DNA from: Terrimicrobiaceae bacterium | GTDB lineage: Bacteria; Verrucomicrobiota; Verrucomicrobiia; Chthoniobacterales; Terrimicrobiaceae | Length of the DNA: 64,000 nt | Direction of reading: 5' to 3' | NCBI GenBank assembly: GCA_041752695.1 | Contig: JBGSVZ010000031.1 | Coordinates: forward strand, 64,001-128,000 | Shown here: piece after piece, positions 19,304 to 29,400 of the stretch | Layout: every line of letters begins with the position of its first letter | Numbering within the stretch: position 1 is the first letter of the stretch | Made by a program: the position numbers and the translations under genes | The notes under the pieces: generated by a model | Seen by the model: the letters and a program-made list of their open reading frames with translations, nothing else | Told to the model about the DNA's origin: nothing | The model's database searches: none

Positions 19304-19585
19304 TCAGGCCTTGGCGGTTTTAACTTCGGGAAGTTTTTCGTCGTCCTCGTCGTCCAGGGCGCTGCCTCGCAGGCCGCCGATTTGTTCCGTCAGGGATTTG
19401 AGGAAACGCTGGGCGATTTTGCGCGAGCTCAGGCGCTGGCTTTCGGCGTTGAGCATGGTTTGAACGAGCTGGCTGGTCGGAACGCGGATGCCGGCCCGCT
19501 CGACGATGTCGGACGCCTCCTTGTAGATCGCGAAGGTATCTTCATCGAGGGTCACGTTGACGGTGGCGGATTTGGGTGTGGTCAT
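19304..19585 (-). CDS. Hypothetical protein, possible ribbon-helix-helix DNA binder
   Basis: ATVNVTLDEDTFAIYKEA alternating strand plus helix; ATGA overlap with upstream gene. Confidence 0.6.
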   Translation of the reverse strand: MTTPKSATVNVTLDEDTFAIYKEASDIVERAGIRVPTSQLVQTMLNAESQRLSSRKIAQRFLKSLTEQIGGLRGSALDDEDDEKLPEVKTAKA

Positions 19586-20343
19586 GGTGTTTTTGGGTTG
19601 AGAAAGGCGAGTTCCCGGCGGCGCAGGACCGGGGCGGTGACACGAGAGGCGCGCTGGCGCTGTTCGGCTTTTTCCAATTCCGCCGTGAATTGGTCGTTGA
19701 GCCGCATCTGGGACAGAAGGAAGTCCTGATTTTGCGCGTCCGACTCGGGGAAGAGCGTGATCGCGCCCGGATCGGTGAATTCATCAGCCACGGGCAAATC
19801 TGGATTCACCGCTGAGAAGACGTCTTTTTCCTCCCCGCTTTCCGATGTGGGCGGGTTAGCCGGTTCCGAGGGAGGCGGGGTTTGACGGATTTGCTTTTTG
19901 AGCTGGTCGATTTCCTGTTCCGGAACGGGAACCCGGCTGGCGTCCTGCTGGAGGGAGTCGAGACGCTGTTTCATCGCCCGGTTCTGTTCCTGCAACGCCT
20001 CGGCATAAATCCGCTGCCGGGGATCTCCGCCGTGGTAGGACGGCGACGGATTGGAACTCGCAGAAGACGGCAGGGAAACGGGCGGGTCGGGCAGGAAGTT
20101 CCAGTCCGGGCCTTGTTCCCGGCGATAAACGGTGTGCCGTTCGTGCATCGTATCCGGGTTGTCCGGGTCCGCGTAACGCCCGACGGAGTAGGATTTGACG
20201 ACTTCGGGAGTTCGCACCGTGGCCATGCGTTTTTGGGGAACGGTGGTGCCGGATACGGTGGGAGTGCGGTTGAGGTCCGCCTGTTTTCGTGTGGCGCAGG
20301 CTGAGCAAAGAGACACGAGGAGGATGGAGATGAGGTATTTCAT
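19582..20343 (-). CDS. Conjugation-associated lipoprotein
   Basis: MKYLISILLVSLCSAC lipobox; VKSYSVGRYADP...MHERHTVYR; ATGA overlap with virB10 remnant. Confidence 0.7.
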   Translation of the reverse strand: MKYLISILLVSLCSACATRKQADLNRTPTVSGTTVPQKRMATVRTPEVVKSYSVGRYADPDNPDTMHERHTVYRREQGPDWNFLPDPPVSLPSSASSNPSPSYHGGDPRQRIYAEALQEQNRAMKQRLDSLQQDASRVPVPEQEIDQLKKQIRQTPPPSEPANPPTSESGEEKDVFSAVNPDLPVADEFTDPGAITLFPESDAQNQDFLLSQMRLNDQFTAELEKAEQRQRASRVTAPVLRRRELAFLNPKTP

Positions 20344-20975
20344 GGGTTGGATTGTTGGGTGGAGGAAACCCCAGCGTTGGCTTGGGCCATGTCCACGGTT
20401 TGGGTGACGTAGAGGTAGAAGAGCGTCCCGGCGGGAACACGGACGTAGGTGGGATCCTTTTCGAGGCCCTCCAGGAGGCGCTGGGAGTAAATCTGCCCAC
20501 CCGCCTGGATGCCGGCCGCGATGGCGTCCTGATACCCTCCGCCCTGCACCTGGGTAACGCCGCCGGTCAATGGCGAGATGATGTTGGTCATTTGCGGAAA
20601 CGCCCCGGCGCCCGCCGAAATCATGGCGGCGAGAATCGCCTTGGCCTCAGCGTATCTGTCGGTGGCGATCAGGTAACCGCGCAGGCCCGCCGATCCGTCC
20701 GTTTCGTCCCAGGCGTCGGGTTTCGCTCCGTCCGGTGCGTAGTCGAGAACCGTGCCGGAGAGCGGGAGTTCTCGCCCGTCCTGAAAAACGAGCATCCATT
20801 TCCGTTCGGAACCGATTCGTTCCCGCGCGGCGGTCTTTTGGGCGATGCCGTGAACTTCCGTTCCGGCGGGAAGCACCAGCCGTCCGCCGTGCCACACATC
20901 CTCGGTGATTAGGCCAATGATGGGCGTCTCGATGTTGGTGGAATCCACCGTATTGACCAACTCGCAACGAAGTAC
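20340..20975 (-). pseudogene. TrbI/VirB10-like C-terminal fragment (5' part deleted)
   Basis: LRCELVNTVDS...PIIGLITEDVW...LVLPAGTEVHG...GSAGLRG...YVRVPAGTLFYLY. The first ~50 codons of ORF 20340..21131 are antisense of another gene. Confidence 0.75.
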
Positions 20976-21116
20976 GCGCGAAGCGTTTCGCAGAAGGTGA
21001 TTCTCATAGACGGTGACCGGTTGGCCGAACTGATGATCGAGCACAACATCGGTGTCACCACGACCCGCACGATCTCCCTCAAACGCATCGATTCGGATTA
21101 CTTTGAAGAAAATTGA
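20970..21116 (+). pseudogene. mrr: 3' fragment of an Mrr-family restriction endonuclease
   Basis: Manual translation KYARSVSQKVILIDGDRLAELMIEHNIGVTTTRTISLKRIDSDYFEEN*, the typical Mrr C-terminus. Confidence 0.85.
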
Positions 21117-21554
21117 AACCGTCTGGTTCAATTTCTGAGGAGACCCCTACCATCTTGAATCTGATGGTTGTTCTTTTCGCGACGCAATCAAACCGTCGGC
21201 ACCTAATCTCGTCAGTCATTAAAAGCTAATTGCTCTCATGTCGTTCCACGCTCGCTCCCGCTCAATACGGGGTGTTCAGTGAATGGCATTACTTTGAAAA
21301 TCGTTCGGCAACCTGTTCGGTAAGGTCATTTCTCAAAGCTGAAAAGTTTGGCGTATTGTGATTTCTCTTCGCCTCCCGAAATTGAACGGCCTGAGGCGAG
21401 AATATCGCGTCCATTGCCAACTCTTCCCCGCAGGCGTTCAGAAAAAAAGCCTGCAAATCGAAACAGTGAATGGGCATCGGATGCCCTGTTCCTATAACTA
21501 GTGTGGCTCGCCACTGGAGGCCGGAAAGCAGCTCTCCAAGGCCCTGGTCAAAGG

Positions 21555-21785
21555 TTAGAAGATGGGGCAATCGGAATCCACCGACCAGCGAATTTGCGCC
21601 CGCGTCGATTCGTCGAGGGTGTGCAGGAATTGCCGGACGGCAGCATAAAATCCATCGAGCGCCTGATCGCTGGCATGGCGCAGGTCGGGAACGTCCAGCG
21701 TGAATGCCTTGGTGAGGCAACCGCGGGAGTCGAGATCGTTCCAGACGATCATGTCGTGAGAAAACCAACCGTTAGGCGCTTGCAT
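21555..21785 (-). pseudogene. N-terminal stub of a probable VirB4-like ATPase
   Basis: MQAPNGWF...PDLRHAS...WSVDSD then abrupt stop; follows pilin and VirB3-like genes in canonical order (inference). Confidence 0.55.
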
Positions 21786-22101
21786 GGGATCGGAGAGGGT
21801 TGCTGCGATTGTGATGGGACGGCGTCCAGGCGGATCCGGCTGCGAGGGTTTCCAGAAGGTCGCTGTCGAAGGATTTGGGTCGGCCCTGACGGAGGCCGAA
21901 CACGTAGAGGGTGATGAGGGCGAGGGGAGTCAGGCCGATAATCAGGCTTGGTCCCAGAGCGTGGAGGCGGGAAACCGCCAGGGTGAGCCCGACGCTGACA
22001 AGAAGCCCGGCGAGGAGGAACAGAATGTTTGTTCCCTCGATGCCCCAGATTTTCCCGTCGCTGTCGTCGCCCGCGTGGGTGTGAACGATGCCCTTGCTCA
22101 T
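21772..22101 (-). CDS. VirB3-like two-TM membrane protein
   Basis: KIWGIEG plus 2 TM helices; position between pilin and VirB4 stub. Confidence 0.55.
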   Translation of the reverse strand: MSKGIVHTHAGDDSDGKIWGIEGTNILFLLAGLLVSVGLTLAVSRLHALGPSLIIGLTPLALITLYVFGLRQGRPKSFDSDLLETLAAGSAWTPSHHNRSNPLRSHASA

Positions 22102-22349
22102 TATTGCGAGATGCTGATGGTGGGCATGCCGCCTGCGTTGAAGAGGGCCTCGGCGATGACGACGGCCAGACCGAGCATGAGTCCGCCGACAATCGACATC
22201 TTGCCCTGGTCGGCGTTGCCGGAGCGAACCTGCCAGCCGCCATGGGCGATGACGATGACCGCGATGATGAAGAGGAACTTGGCGATGATTCCGAGACCTT
22301 CGGAAAGAGCCCCGTCGAGTGATGCTTGAGCGAGAAGTAGGGTGTTCAT
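22101..22349 (-). CDS. VirB2/TrbC-like conjugative pilin
   Basis: 82 aa, two hydrophobic helices around GGWQVRSGNADQGK. Confidence 0.6.
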   Translation of the reverse strand: MNTLLLAQASLDGALSEGLGIIAKFLFIIAVIVIAHGGWQVRSGNADQGKMSIVGGLMLGLAVVIAEALFNAGGMPTISISQ

Positions 22350-22711
22350 ACGGTCGCCAGGATTGCGGAAATTTTGGAGGCAGCTGTTCCCGCGCCGGAA
22401 CAACATAAAAAGCCGATAACGAACGAGCCGAAGCGGGAGGCTTTGGACTGGCAGATCGCCTGATAAAGCTGCTTTGCCGAGAGGATGAAGTCCGGGTAAA
22501 GGTCGGCGGGCGAAACGGCCAAAGCCCGGGCGAGGAAGATCAGGTCTTCGTCGGCGACGAAGACGAGACGGGATTCAATCTTGGCGACCTTGACGCGGGT
22601 CGCGTTTTCCATGCCGAGAAGTTGAAGTTTGATCGCGAGCTGATTTTGCGACCATTCCCGGCGGCTGCGAAGGCGGCGGACCTGTGGTCCAACAACATTT
22701 AGGTTTCTCAT
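22346..22711 (-). CDS. XRE-family regulator heading the transfer operon
   Basis: NVVGPQVRRLR...WSQNQLA..LQ...VAKIESR; ATGA overlap with the pilin. Confidence 0.85.
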   Translation of the reverse strand: MRNLNVVGPQVRRLRSRREWSQNQLAIKLQLLGMENATRVKVAKIESRLVFVADEDLIFLARALAVSPADLYPDFILSAKQLYQAICQSKASRFGSFVIGFLCCSGAGTAASKISAILATV

Positions 22712-22757
22712 GGTGGAGAAACCCGTTCACCTGAACCCTGGCTATTTCAGAGGGTCT

Positions 22758-22811
22758 GTGACGAACGTGCCGGAAAAAGTGACGAAGTTGCCATTAGGCA
22801 CCCTTCGTCAC
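22758..22811. promoter_or_regulatory. LytTR-type binding site array
   Basis: GTGACGAACGTGCC (22758) and GTGACGAAGTTGCC (22779), period 21 bp; inverted TTCGTCAC at 22804-22811. Confidence 0.7.
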
Positions 22812-23545
22812 AGCAAGTTTGGTTGTCCGAATTCCTTGCGGATCAAAAATGCAGCCCTGCGGCCGAGGTGAACAGTGGTCGGAAATCCCACGATTTTGAT
22901 ATCCATTTCGTCCCTGCCAGCAAAAGAAACCCGTTCGATTTTTTCCAAATTGACGATGAGGGATCGGTTCAGCTTGATGAACAACTGTCTCGGGAGATTC
23001 TTCTCCCAGTCCGTCAAGCTTCCACGGACCATTTTGGCCTCCCCGCTGGCGAGGTGAACAATCGAGTAATTTTGCTCAGCAACGATGCCGGAAATTTGTG
23101 AGACAAACGCGAGGGTAATCCCGTCGCTCGTACGCAGATAAATCCTGTCGTCCCTCTTGTACGGACCCGTGCCGGTATCCGGCGGTTGGTGAAGGATACG
23201 TTCGAGCGCGTTGGCGAGTCTCGTGGGGTGGGGTGGCTTGAGCAGGTAATCCAGGGCATTGGCCTCGAAGGCCCGGAAAGCAAAATGGTCGTAGGCCGTG
23301 ACGAAGATGATCGCTGGAACTGGCGCGAGCTTGGGCAGGACGTCAAATCCTTCGCCGTCACCGAGTTGAACATCCAGAAATACCAAGTTGGGCCGTAATT
23401 CCTGACAGATTGCGATCGCGTTTGCGACGGAATCGGCTTCGCCAATGACCTTCACATTCGAGTGGGCTGAGAGGAGGTCACAGAGAACCTCCCGAGCGGG
23501 AGCTTCATCGTCCACAATCACAGCGCGTAATTCAGGTGGTTTCAT
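22808..23545 (-). CDS. LytTR-family response regulator
   Basis: VIVDDE, VFLDVQL, IFVTAYD, ALDYLLKP, C-terminal FIKLNRSLIVN. Confidence 0.95.
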   Translation of the reverse strand: MKPPELRAVIVDDEAPAREVLCDLLSAHSNVKVIGEADSVANAIAICQELRPNLVFLDVQLGDGEGFDVLPKLAPVPAIIFVTAYDHFAFRAFEANALDYLLKPPHPTRLANALERILHQPPDTGTGPYKRDDRIYLRTSDGITLAFVSQISGIVAEQNYSIVHLASGEAKMVRGSLTDWEKNLPRQLFIKLNRSLIVNLEKIERVSFAGRDEMDIKIVGFPTTVHLGRRAAFLIRKEFGQPNLL

Positions 23546-24651
23546 GGGTTCAAAGGAATTTCCACCCGCACGCGAACCCAGCCGCTCTCCTCGGAGGCTT
23601 TGATGGTGTGTTTTTCTCCATAGATTGCGCTGAGCCGCTGGCGGAGATTGGCCATGCCGATTCCCCCGGCTTCGTCGGGAATGGTTTCTGTCACCCATCG
23701 CCCCGTGTTTGAAACATCGAGTCGAAGACTTCCGGCACTCGCGCGGGTAACGGCCAGGCAGATTCTGAGGGGGCGGGGCGAGGTTTTTTTCCCGTACTTG
23801 ATGGCATTTTCGATCAGAGGCTGGATCAATACCCCCGGGACGAGAAGTTCGTGTGCCAAGGGATCTACAGAGCTTTCGATTTCGAGATCATCCCGGTGCC
23901 GAGCCTTCTCCACGGTTAGGTAACCCTCGATGGCTTCCAATTCTTCCCGCAGGGGAACGAGTGTGCTGTCCCGGTTTTTGAGGGAATAGCGCAAATACTC
24001 AGCGAATGCCTGGACGAGTTCTTTGGCGTGTTGGCCGGGCTTTCCGATGGCGGCGATGATCGTGTTTAGCGCGTTGAACAGAAAGTGAGGATTGATTTGC
24101 GCCCGGAGCATCTGGATTTCCAATCGCTGCCGTTCGGTTTCCTTTCGCGCGAGCTCCACATCTCGGGTCATGCTGTCGCGCATGAATTTGAGCCCGAAAT
24201 AGAGGAGACTCCAGGCGGCGCACAGTCCCGTGCGAAAATAGAAAATCGCGAAGATCATGTCCGGCGAGAGGATCTTCTTTTCCTCCAAGTCCAGCATGTC
24301 GTGGAAACCCACGTAGAGCAGAGTCAAGATGGCTCCGCCAATCATGGACACACTGGCGAGGACAACGGCCATGAGCATCGGACTGGGCTGGGTTTCATAA
24401 ACCCTCCGATAGATCTCCCTCATTCCGAGAGTGATGAAAAATCCCAAACCGTCTCGGTAGGCGGAAACGAACAGTGAACCAGGGACATCCTCAAGCACGA
24501 CCCACTTGAGGGGGAAGGAAAAGACGATAAACGCCAGCCACCCGGTGATCTGGAATCGCCAAAAAAGCGGCAGTTGCTGGAAGAATCGAAAGAGAACTGG
24601 TGCGCCCAAATTAGCGTTTTTCCAAACCGCCTTGTTCCCTTCGCAGCCCAT
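23542..24651 (-). CDS. LytS-family sensor histidine kinase
   Basis: 4 TM, LRAQINPHFLFNALN, QPLIENAIKYG, GIGMANLRQRL. Start uncertain. Confidence 0.93.
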   Translation of the reverse strand: MGCEGNKAVWKNANLGAPVLFRFFQQLPLFWRFQITGWLAFIVFSFPLKWVVLEDVPGSLFVSAYRDGLGFFITLGMREIYRRVYETQPSPMLMAVVLASVSMIGGAILTLLYVGFHDMLDLEEKKILSPDMIFAIFYFRTGLCAAWSLLYFGLKFMRDSMTRDVELARKETERQRLEIQMLRAQINPHFLFNALNTIIAAIGKPGQHAKELVQAFAEYLRYSLKNRDSTLVPLREELEAIEGYLTVEKARHRDDLEIESSVDPLAHELLVPGVLIQPLIENAIKYGKKTSPRPLRICLAVTRASAGSLRLDVSNTGRWVTETIPDEAGGIGMANLRQRLSAIYGEKHTIKASEESGWVRVRVEIPLNP

Positions 24652-24809
24652 GAAAATTTACTCGCTTACCGTTTTCTCACTGTAATCCTCACGATTAAAA
24701 GTGTCTTAAAATCAGCGGCAAGCCCAGTACTTTCAAAATACTACCGAAGGCCTGAGTAGTAACCTGCGGTCGACCATCAGATCCGGGTGCGACTTGGAGG
24801 CGCACGCAT

Positions 24810-25469
24810 TTAGCGCTGCGCGAACCGGACCCGTCCGGTCAGTCCGTCGGTAAAAACATCAATCCAATTTTCCTTAGCGGTGGATTGAACGGTTCCTCCA
24901 CTGGCCACACCGGGAATGAGTCGCATCTGGAGTTGCTTGAGCGGTGTGGCTGCCGCCGGGGCGGTTGAGTCCACGATGGCTGCTCCGAGCGAATTAAACC
25001 GGATCTCGAGGACCTGGGCGGTGCCTCCGCTGACGGCCACTCCCTTGGAGTTGGCAAGGTTGGCAGAGTCCACCACGAAATATTCTCCCCCCCCGGAGGT
25101 GCTGCCTGAGGGGACTACATCCTGCACAATGATTCCGGTGGGAAGACGCTCCCATTTTGTCAGGGCTTTCCAAGCTGCGCTGTTGGCGTCCCAGTACCAC
25201 ACGGCTGCCACCCGGCTGGCATCATCGGGACGCCCGGGCCAGTCGGTGCAAAGATAAACCGCCGTCTGGGTGTTGTTGGCGATGGCGTAAACCCGCGCCT
25301 GATTCATCAGCCCGCTCAGGATGTTTGCGCCATTGACCAGGCTGTTGGACGAACTGATGTTGCGGAACGCGGGAGCCACGGCCGTCATCAGAAGCCCCAT
25401 GATGGCCACTACGGTCAGGAGTTCCACGAGGGAGAAGGCTTTGGTGTTCGATGTGCTGGGGCTACTCAT
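24810..25469 (-). CDS. Prepilin-type protein, Verru_Chthon cassette protein D-like
   Basis: KAFSLVELLTVVAIMGLL; ARVYAIANN; terminal TDGLTGRVR (FimT/GspH-like). Confidence 0.8.
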   Translation of the reverse strand: MSSPSTSNTKAFSLVELLTVVAIMGLLMTAVAPAFRNISSSNSLVNGANILSGLMNQARVYAIANNTQTAVYLCTDWPGRPDDASRVAAVWYWDANSAAWKALTKWERLPTGIIVQDVVPSGSTSGGGEYFVVDSANLANSKGVAVSGGTAQVLEIRFNSLGAAIVDSTAPAAATPLKQLQMRLIPGVASGGTVQSTAKENWIDVFTDGLTGRVRFAQR

Positions 25470-25515
25470 TGAAGGCATTCTATTCCAGGATGGGAAGATC
25501 GCCAAGGGAGGGATT

Positions 25516-25585
25516 GCTTTAAATATTAAGCAAGATCGCCGGGAAGAGTTCCAAATCCCTCGCAAAGCTGCTTAATAGTTTCAGT
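25516..25585. promoter_or_regulatory. Two copies of the 16-bp island operator
   Basis: GCTTTAAATATTAAGC (25516-25531) and GCTTAATAGTTTCAGT (25570-25585) in a divergent intergenic region. Confidence 0.75.
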
Positions 25586-25663
25586 CAACTCGATTTTTTT
25601 CAAGGTGAATTTTGGCACTGGCTGGGAGAGGGTGTTGGGGTTCGCTTTACTGAAAGTTCTCCC

Positions 25664-26263
25664 ATGAAAATACCACAGATCTCCCTTCTTGCCGTCATTC
25701 TTTTTGGTTCCCTCCCGCTTCGGGCGGCCGGACCTGCCCCGGAGTCCGAGGTTAAGATTCTCAAAGCCGCGACGGACTTCGGTCTTTCCTCCACCGGGGT
25801 GGTCTGGATGGCGGATCCCGCGGATGAGGTTTTATGGAAATTCCCGGGTTTCGACTATGATGGAAAATCCGAGTTGCTCCCGGCCGCCGGTTCCGAGCCG
25901 TTTGCGAAATTCCGCCGGGTTACTTTGCCCAAGGAGACGGACGTCTCATGGTCGCACAAGATTCTCTTTAAGGTGCCGAAAGCGTTTCAATCAGGGGACT
26001 TGCTGCATCTGGTGTATTGGGTTCGGGCGGGAAAAAGCGAAACTGCTGGACGCACATTCCCGGTGGATATCTCCAGCCGGCCGGTTCAAGATAAAGTCCG
26101 AAGTGAAATCATCAAGACGGAGCTGGTCGAGGACTGGCAGATTGTGCATATCGAAATACCCGTCCTGGACGAACTCACCGAGGGCGAATTGAATATCTCG
26201 TTTCAGGTGGGTGGTTCCTCCCATGTCACCGATATTGGCGGCGTGGCGCTGCTCAAGGAGTAG
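25664..26263 (+). CDS. Exported hypothetical protein, possible carbohydrate-binding jelly-roll
   Basis: Signal peptide; GDLLHLVYWVRA...EDWQ...LNISFQVG...DIGGVAL beta-strand pattern. Confidence 0.6.
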   Translation: MKIPQISLLAVILFGSLPLRAAGPAPESEVKILKAATDFGLSSTGVVWMADPADEVLWKFPGFDYDGKSELLPAAGSEPFAKFRRVTLPKETDVSWSHKILFKVPKAFQSGDLLHLVYWVRAGKSETAGRTFPVDISSRPVQDKVRSEIIKTELVEDWQIVHIEIPVLDELTEGELNISFQVGGSSHVTDIGGVALLKE

Positions 26264-26284
26264 GCTAAATGCGGCGGGAACCGG

Positions 26285-26439
26285 CCACGGATTCCACGGA
26301 TGGGCAAGGATGAGAGTTTTCAACCTAAGACCGGGAAGGGAGCCACAGAGATCACAGGGAGCACGGAGCGGAAAGGGATGGGGTAGAGTCGCTCAGTTTT
26401 TTGCAAGCCTTCTCCTCCGTTTTCTCCGTTCCCTCCTGT
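26285..26439. repeat. Degenerate 9-bp tandem repeats with an inverted block
   Basis: CCACGGATT CCACGGATG GGCAAGGAT; CCACAGAGA TCACAGGGA GCACGGAG; inverse CTCCGTTTT CTCCGTTCC CTCCTGT. Confidence 0.7.
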
Positions 26440-26454
26440 AAAACCGAGGTCGAC

Positions 26455-29400
26455 TTAGGGATCGAGGTATTCGAAGTAGGACGTTTCGGTGGTCAGGTAC
26501 GGTTTGAGCGGATTGAACGCCGCACGGACTGTTTGGGTGGATGAGGTTTCATCCGGCGTCGGGACCGAGGCCGGAGAGGGGACCGGCACGGCGTCGGGTC
26601 CGTCGAAGGTGTCGCGCATCAGACCAAAAAGCGGACCGACAAAACCGCCGCCCCCCCTAATCGTTTCGGTGAAGGTTCCAACCGCATCGCTTTTGGCGTT
26701 GCCATAAACTCCGTCCACGCCGGTGTAAGGCCGACGGCGGATAACTCCGAAGAAACGTTTCTCGCCCGTGACCACGATGGCACCATTCGTTGACTGCTGG
26801 ACCGTTTGGGCCACGCCCCAGATGCCAAAGGCGCTGGCCTGGGTGGTCAGGCGGCCCGCCAGGGCGCTGATCAGCGCCTGCTTTTCCCATTTTGTGGCCG
26901 TGCCGCCCAGCACGCCACCCCCGGTTTCCAGCAATGGGATCAACTCACCGCGGTATTTGTAACCGTCCGCCGGCATGGTCGAGGCAATGCTGGCCGCCAG
27001 GGCGGTGGAGTTGACGTTGGTTCCTCCGATCCGCCAGCGGCGGAAGAGGGCGTCGAGGGCTTTAGTGCGCGAGGGGATGCCCCAACTCGTGGGATGGATG
27101 CGCGTGTTGGGATTGATCGTGCCCTGATTGGATCCCAGCGCCATACCCGGCTCGGAGTTGATCAGTTCGAGGGCCAGGTGGTCGGGGATGCCGGTGTCGC
27201 TGGAGGTGAGGTTTAAGTAGAGGTCTCCGGTCGCCGGGATAATGTAAGGAGGAGCGGTCCAGAGATTGGCGAGCTGGCCGGGGGAATAAACGGTGCCTTG
27301 TTCGCCGGGGTTTGTTGTGTAATAGCCCGTGGCTGAGGGGTTTCCGCCGAGTGTGACGAAGGAAAGGGCGCGGATTTCAGGCGAAATGGCAGGCCAGTTA
27401 GAGTTTTTTGCGCCAAGGGTATTTGTCCCCGGGAAGGTTGTTCCTGCAGTCGTGCAGACGGTCCAGGCGTCGGAAAGGGCGCAGCGCCTCGGGTCATCGA
27501 CCTCTACGGTGAAGGCGCGATTGGTTTGTCCATCAGCAACCGTCAGGTTCCCGAGGACGATGAGGGGATTTTGCGGATTTACGGTCAGGAGATTTCCTGC
27601 GGTTAAAGCGGTGTCCTGGAGCGGGCAGTATTGGAAGATTTTGTATTGGTCAATATTGGACGGCTCTTTGACCGCGATCACTTTCAACTGGACGTTGGAC
27701 AAAGTGATCGTGGTGGTGGATGCGGTGAGGGGAATCAAGAAACTCGGATTGATGGCCGAGGGAGTGGTGACATCCTCCGAACGAAATGCCTGATAACTAT
27801 TGGCAGGCAGACGAAGGGTGGAGGTCGCGAGTGGCGTGGGTTCCGCGCTGAGACGCCCGTTTCTTCCTGCGGGTGTCCAATTTGCAGATCCAAGAAGCGG
27901 ATTGGGATTGGAGAGGGTAAAGACAAGATTTGCGCCACTGGCAGTGATGGTCCAACCGGGAAAGGCGGTTGATCCGGCGGTCACCGTGGTGGCAGCGGAG
28001 GGAATTTCAAAACTTGCGGCGGTGGGGATGAGATAGACGCCCGTGGTCGGTGAGGCAGAGTCCCGCAGGAGAATTCCAGCGTCTGTTCCCGTGAGAGTGG
28101 ACACATCCGCGATATTCACTTGGGAGCCGGTGAAGAGTTCGCCCACCAATCTCACGCGAACGTTTTTGTTCGTTCCCGCCGTTTCCCAATTGAGTTCCAA
28201 ACCCAATTCGCTGACGTAGGGATTTCCGCTTTGCGCGAGGTAGCGTCCGCCCGTGCTGGAGGTGGAAACTGAGGGGAAGAGGTCGCTTTTCGCCTGGGGT
28301 TCGCCGGTTGTTCCCGCCCCGGTGCGGCCATAGTTTCCGAGGCCGAAAACCTCGTTTCTGATGGAGCCTCCCCGCATCAGAAAGGCATGTGCCGTCAGCA
28401 TATTCCAGGCAACCTGCTCGGCGAGTTTGGCGCTGTCGGCGGCAGGAAGACCGGCGCGGGCGGCCCATTTTGCGGCCAGACTCGATCCGCTGTAACCGGG
28501 CCATTGTGTGCTTTGAAAAGCGTCCGCCAGTGCCTGGACTGAGTTTTTGTAGTAGGCGAACTCGTTGACGGCGGGGCCTGTTCCGGGAGGGTAACTGCCT
28601 CCTCCCATCGTCATCGGTTCTGCCATAATTTGGTTGGGATCGTCCAGATCCCAGTAGAATTGAAATCCCGGCAGTGTCTTGTTGCGAAACTGCACGCTCG
28701 ACATCCGGTTTTTGGCCAAGGCATTAAATTCCGGCGACTCTCCCCAGACGGAGAGATCAAATTGGTTGGCGTTGAAAAATGCATTCCAGGTGGAGTCGGA
28801 CGCGAAAAATTGCCGGTACTCCCGCGGGTTGGAGATTTGCATGGTGCCAGTCGGATCGGGCAGGCCGGTTGCATTCGAGCCACCGGTCAATCCACTGATA
28901 TCCACCACGCCGGGGCTGCCGGGGGCGAGGCCGCCAAAGACACTGCCGGCCGGGGTGAACGCGGTGTTGCGATTGACGGCGGGCACATAGGATGTGCCGG
29001 ACAGAGCCAGTTCGCTGCGGGTCCCATTTCCCAGTCTCGCGGTGCGCAGATTGATGCGGGTATTTTCCACATCGATCCAATATGCGAACCTTGCGACCAT
29101 GGGGTTGGCCGTGCTGACAGGGAGCGATGGATCCTTCCCCACGGGAATCCAGGCGACGCGCATTGGGGTTCCGGTTGGCTCGATGGGATAGGTTCCATCG
29201 ATGCGTTGGCGGTTGAGATTTGGGTCGTTCGCGTTGGTCGAATCGCCGCTGTAGAGGTTGACCGCAGTGGGCGGGGTGTTGCCCGCTTGGGTCCAGAGGC
29301 GGCCGGGGGCGACCCACCAATGGGTCGGGGTGGCCGGGGCGTTGGGGCCCACGTCGGGGATGTTGCTGGCCAGCAAAGCCTGGGCATGGTTCATGGCGGA

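Larger units (their letters stand above)
15561..24651. mobile_element. Backbone of a degenerate integrative conjugative element / genomic island; cargo probably continues beyond the window
   Basis: Integrase, HipBA, excisionase, pilin/VirB3/VirB4/VirB10 remnants, XRE, LytS/LytTR. No right attachment site seen. Confidence 0.8.

Noticed and set aside
20940..21583. 11-bp direct repeat GGAATCCACCG at 20940 and 21573 as target duplication
   Set aside because: Both encode VDS within the vir remnants and do not coincide with both junctions.
12124..26439. Short repeats as CRISPR arrays
   Set aside because: 7- and 9-bp degenerate tandem units without unique spacers; no cas genes.
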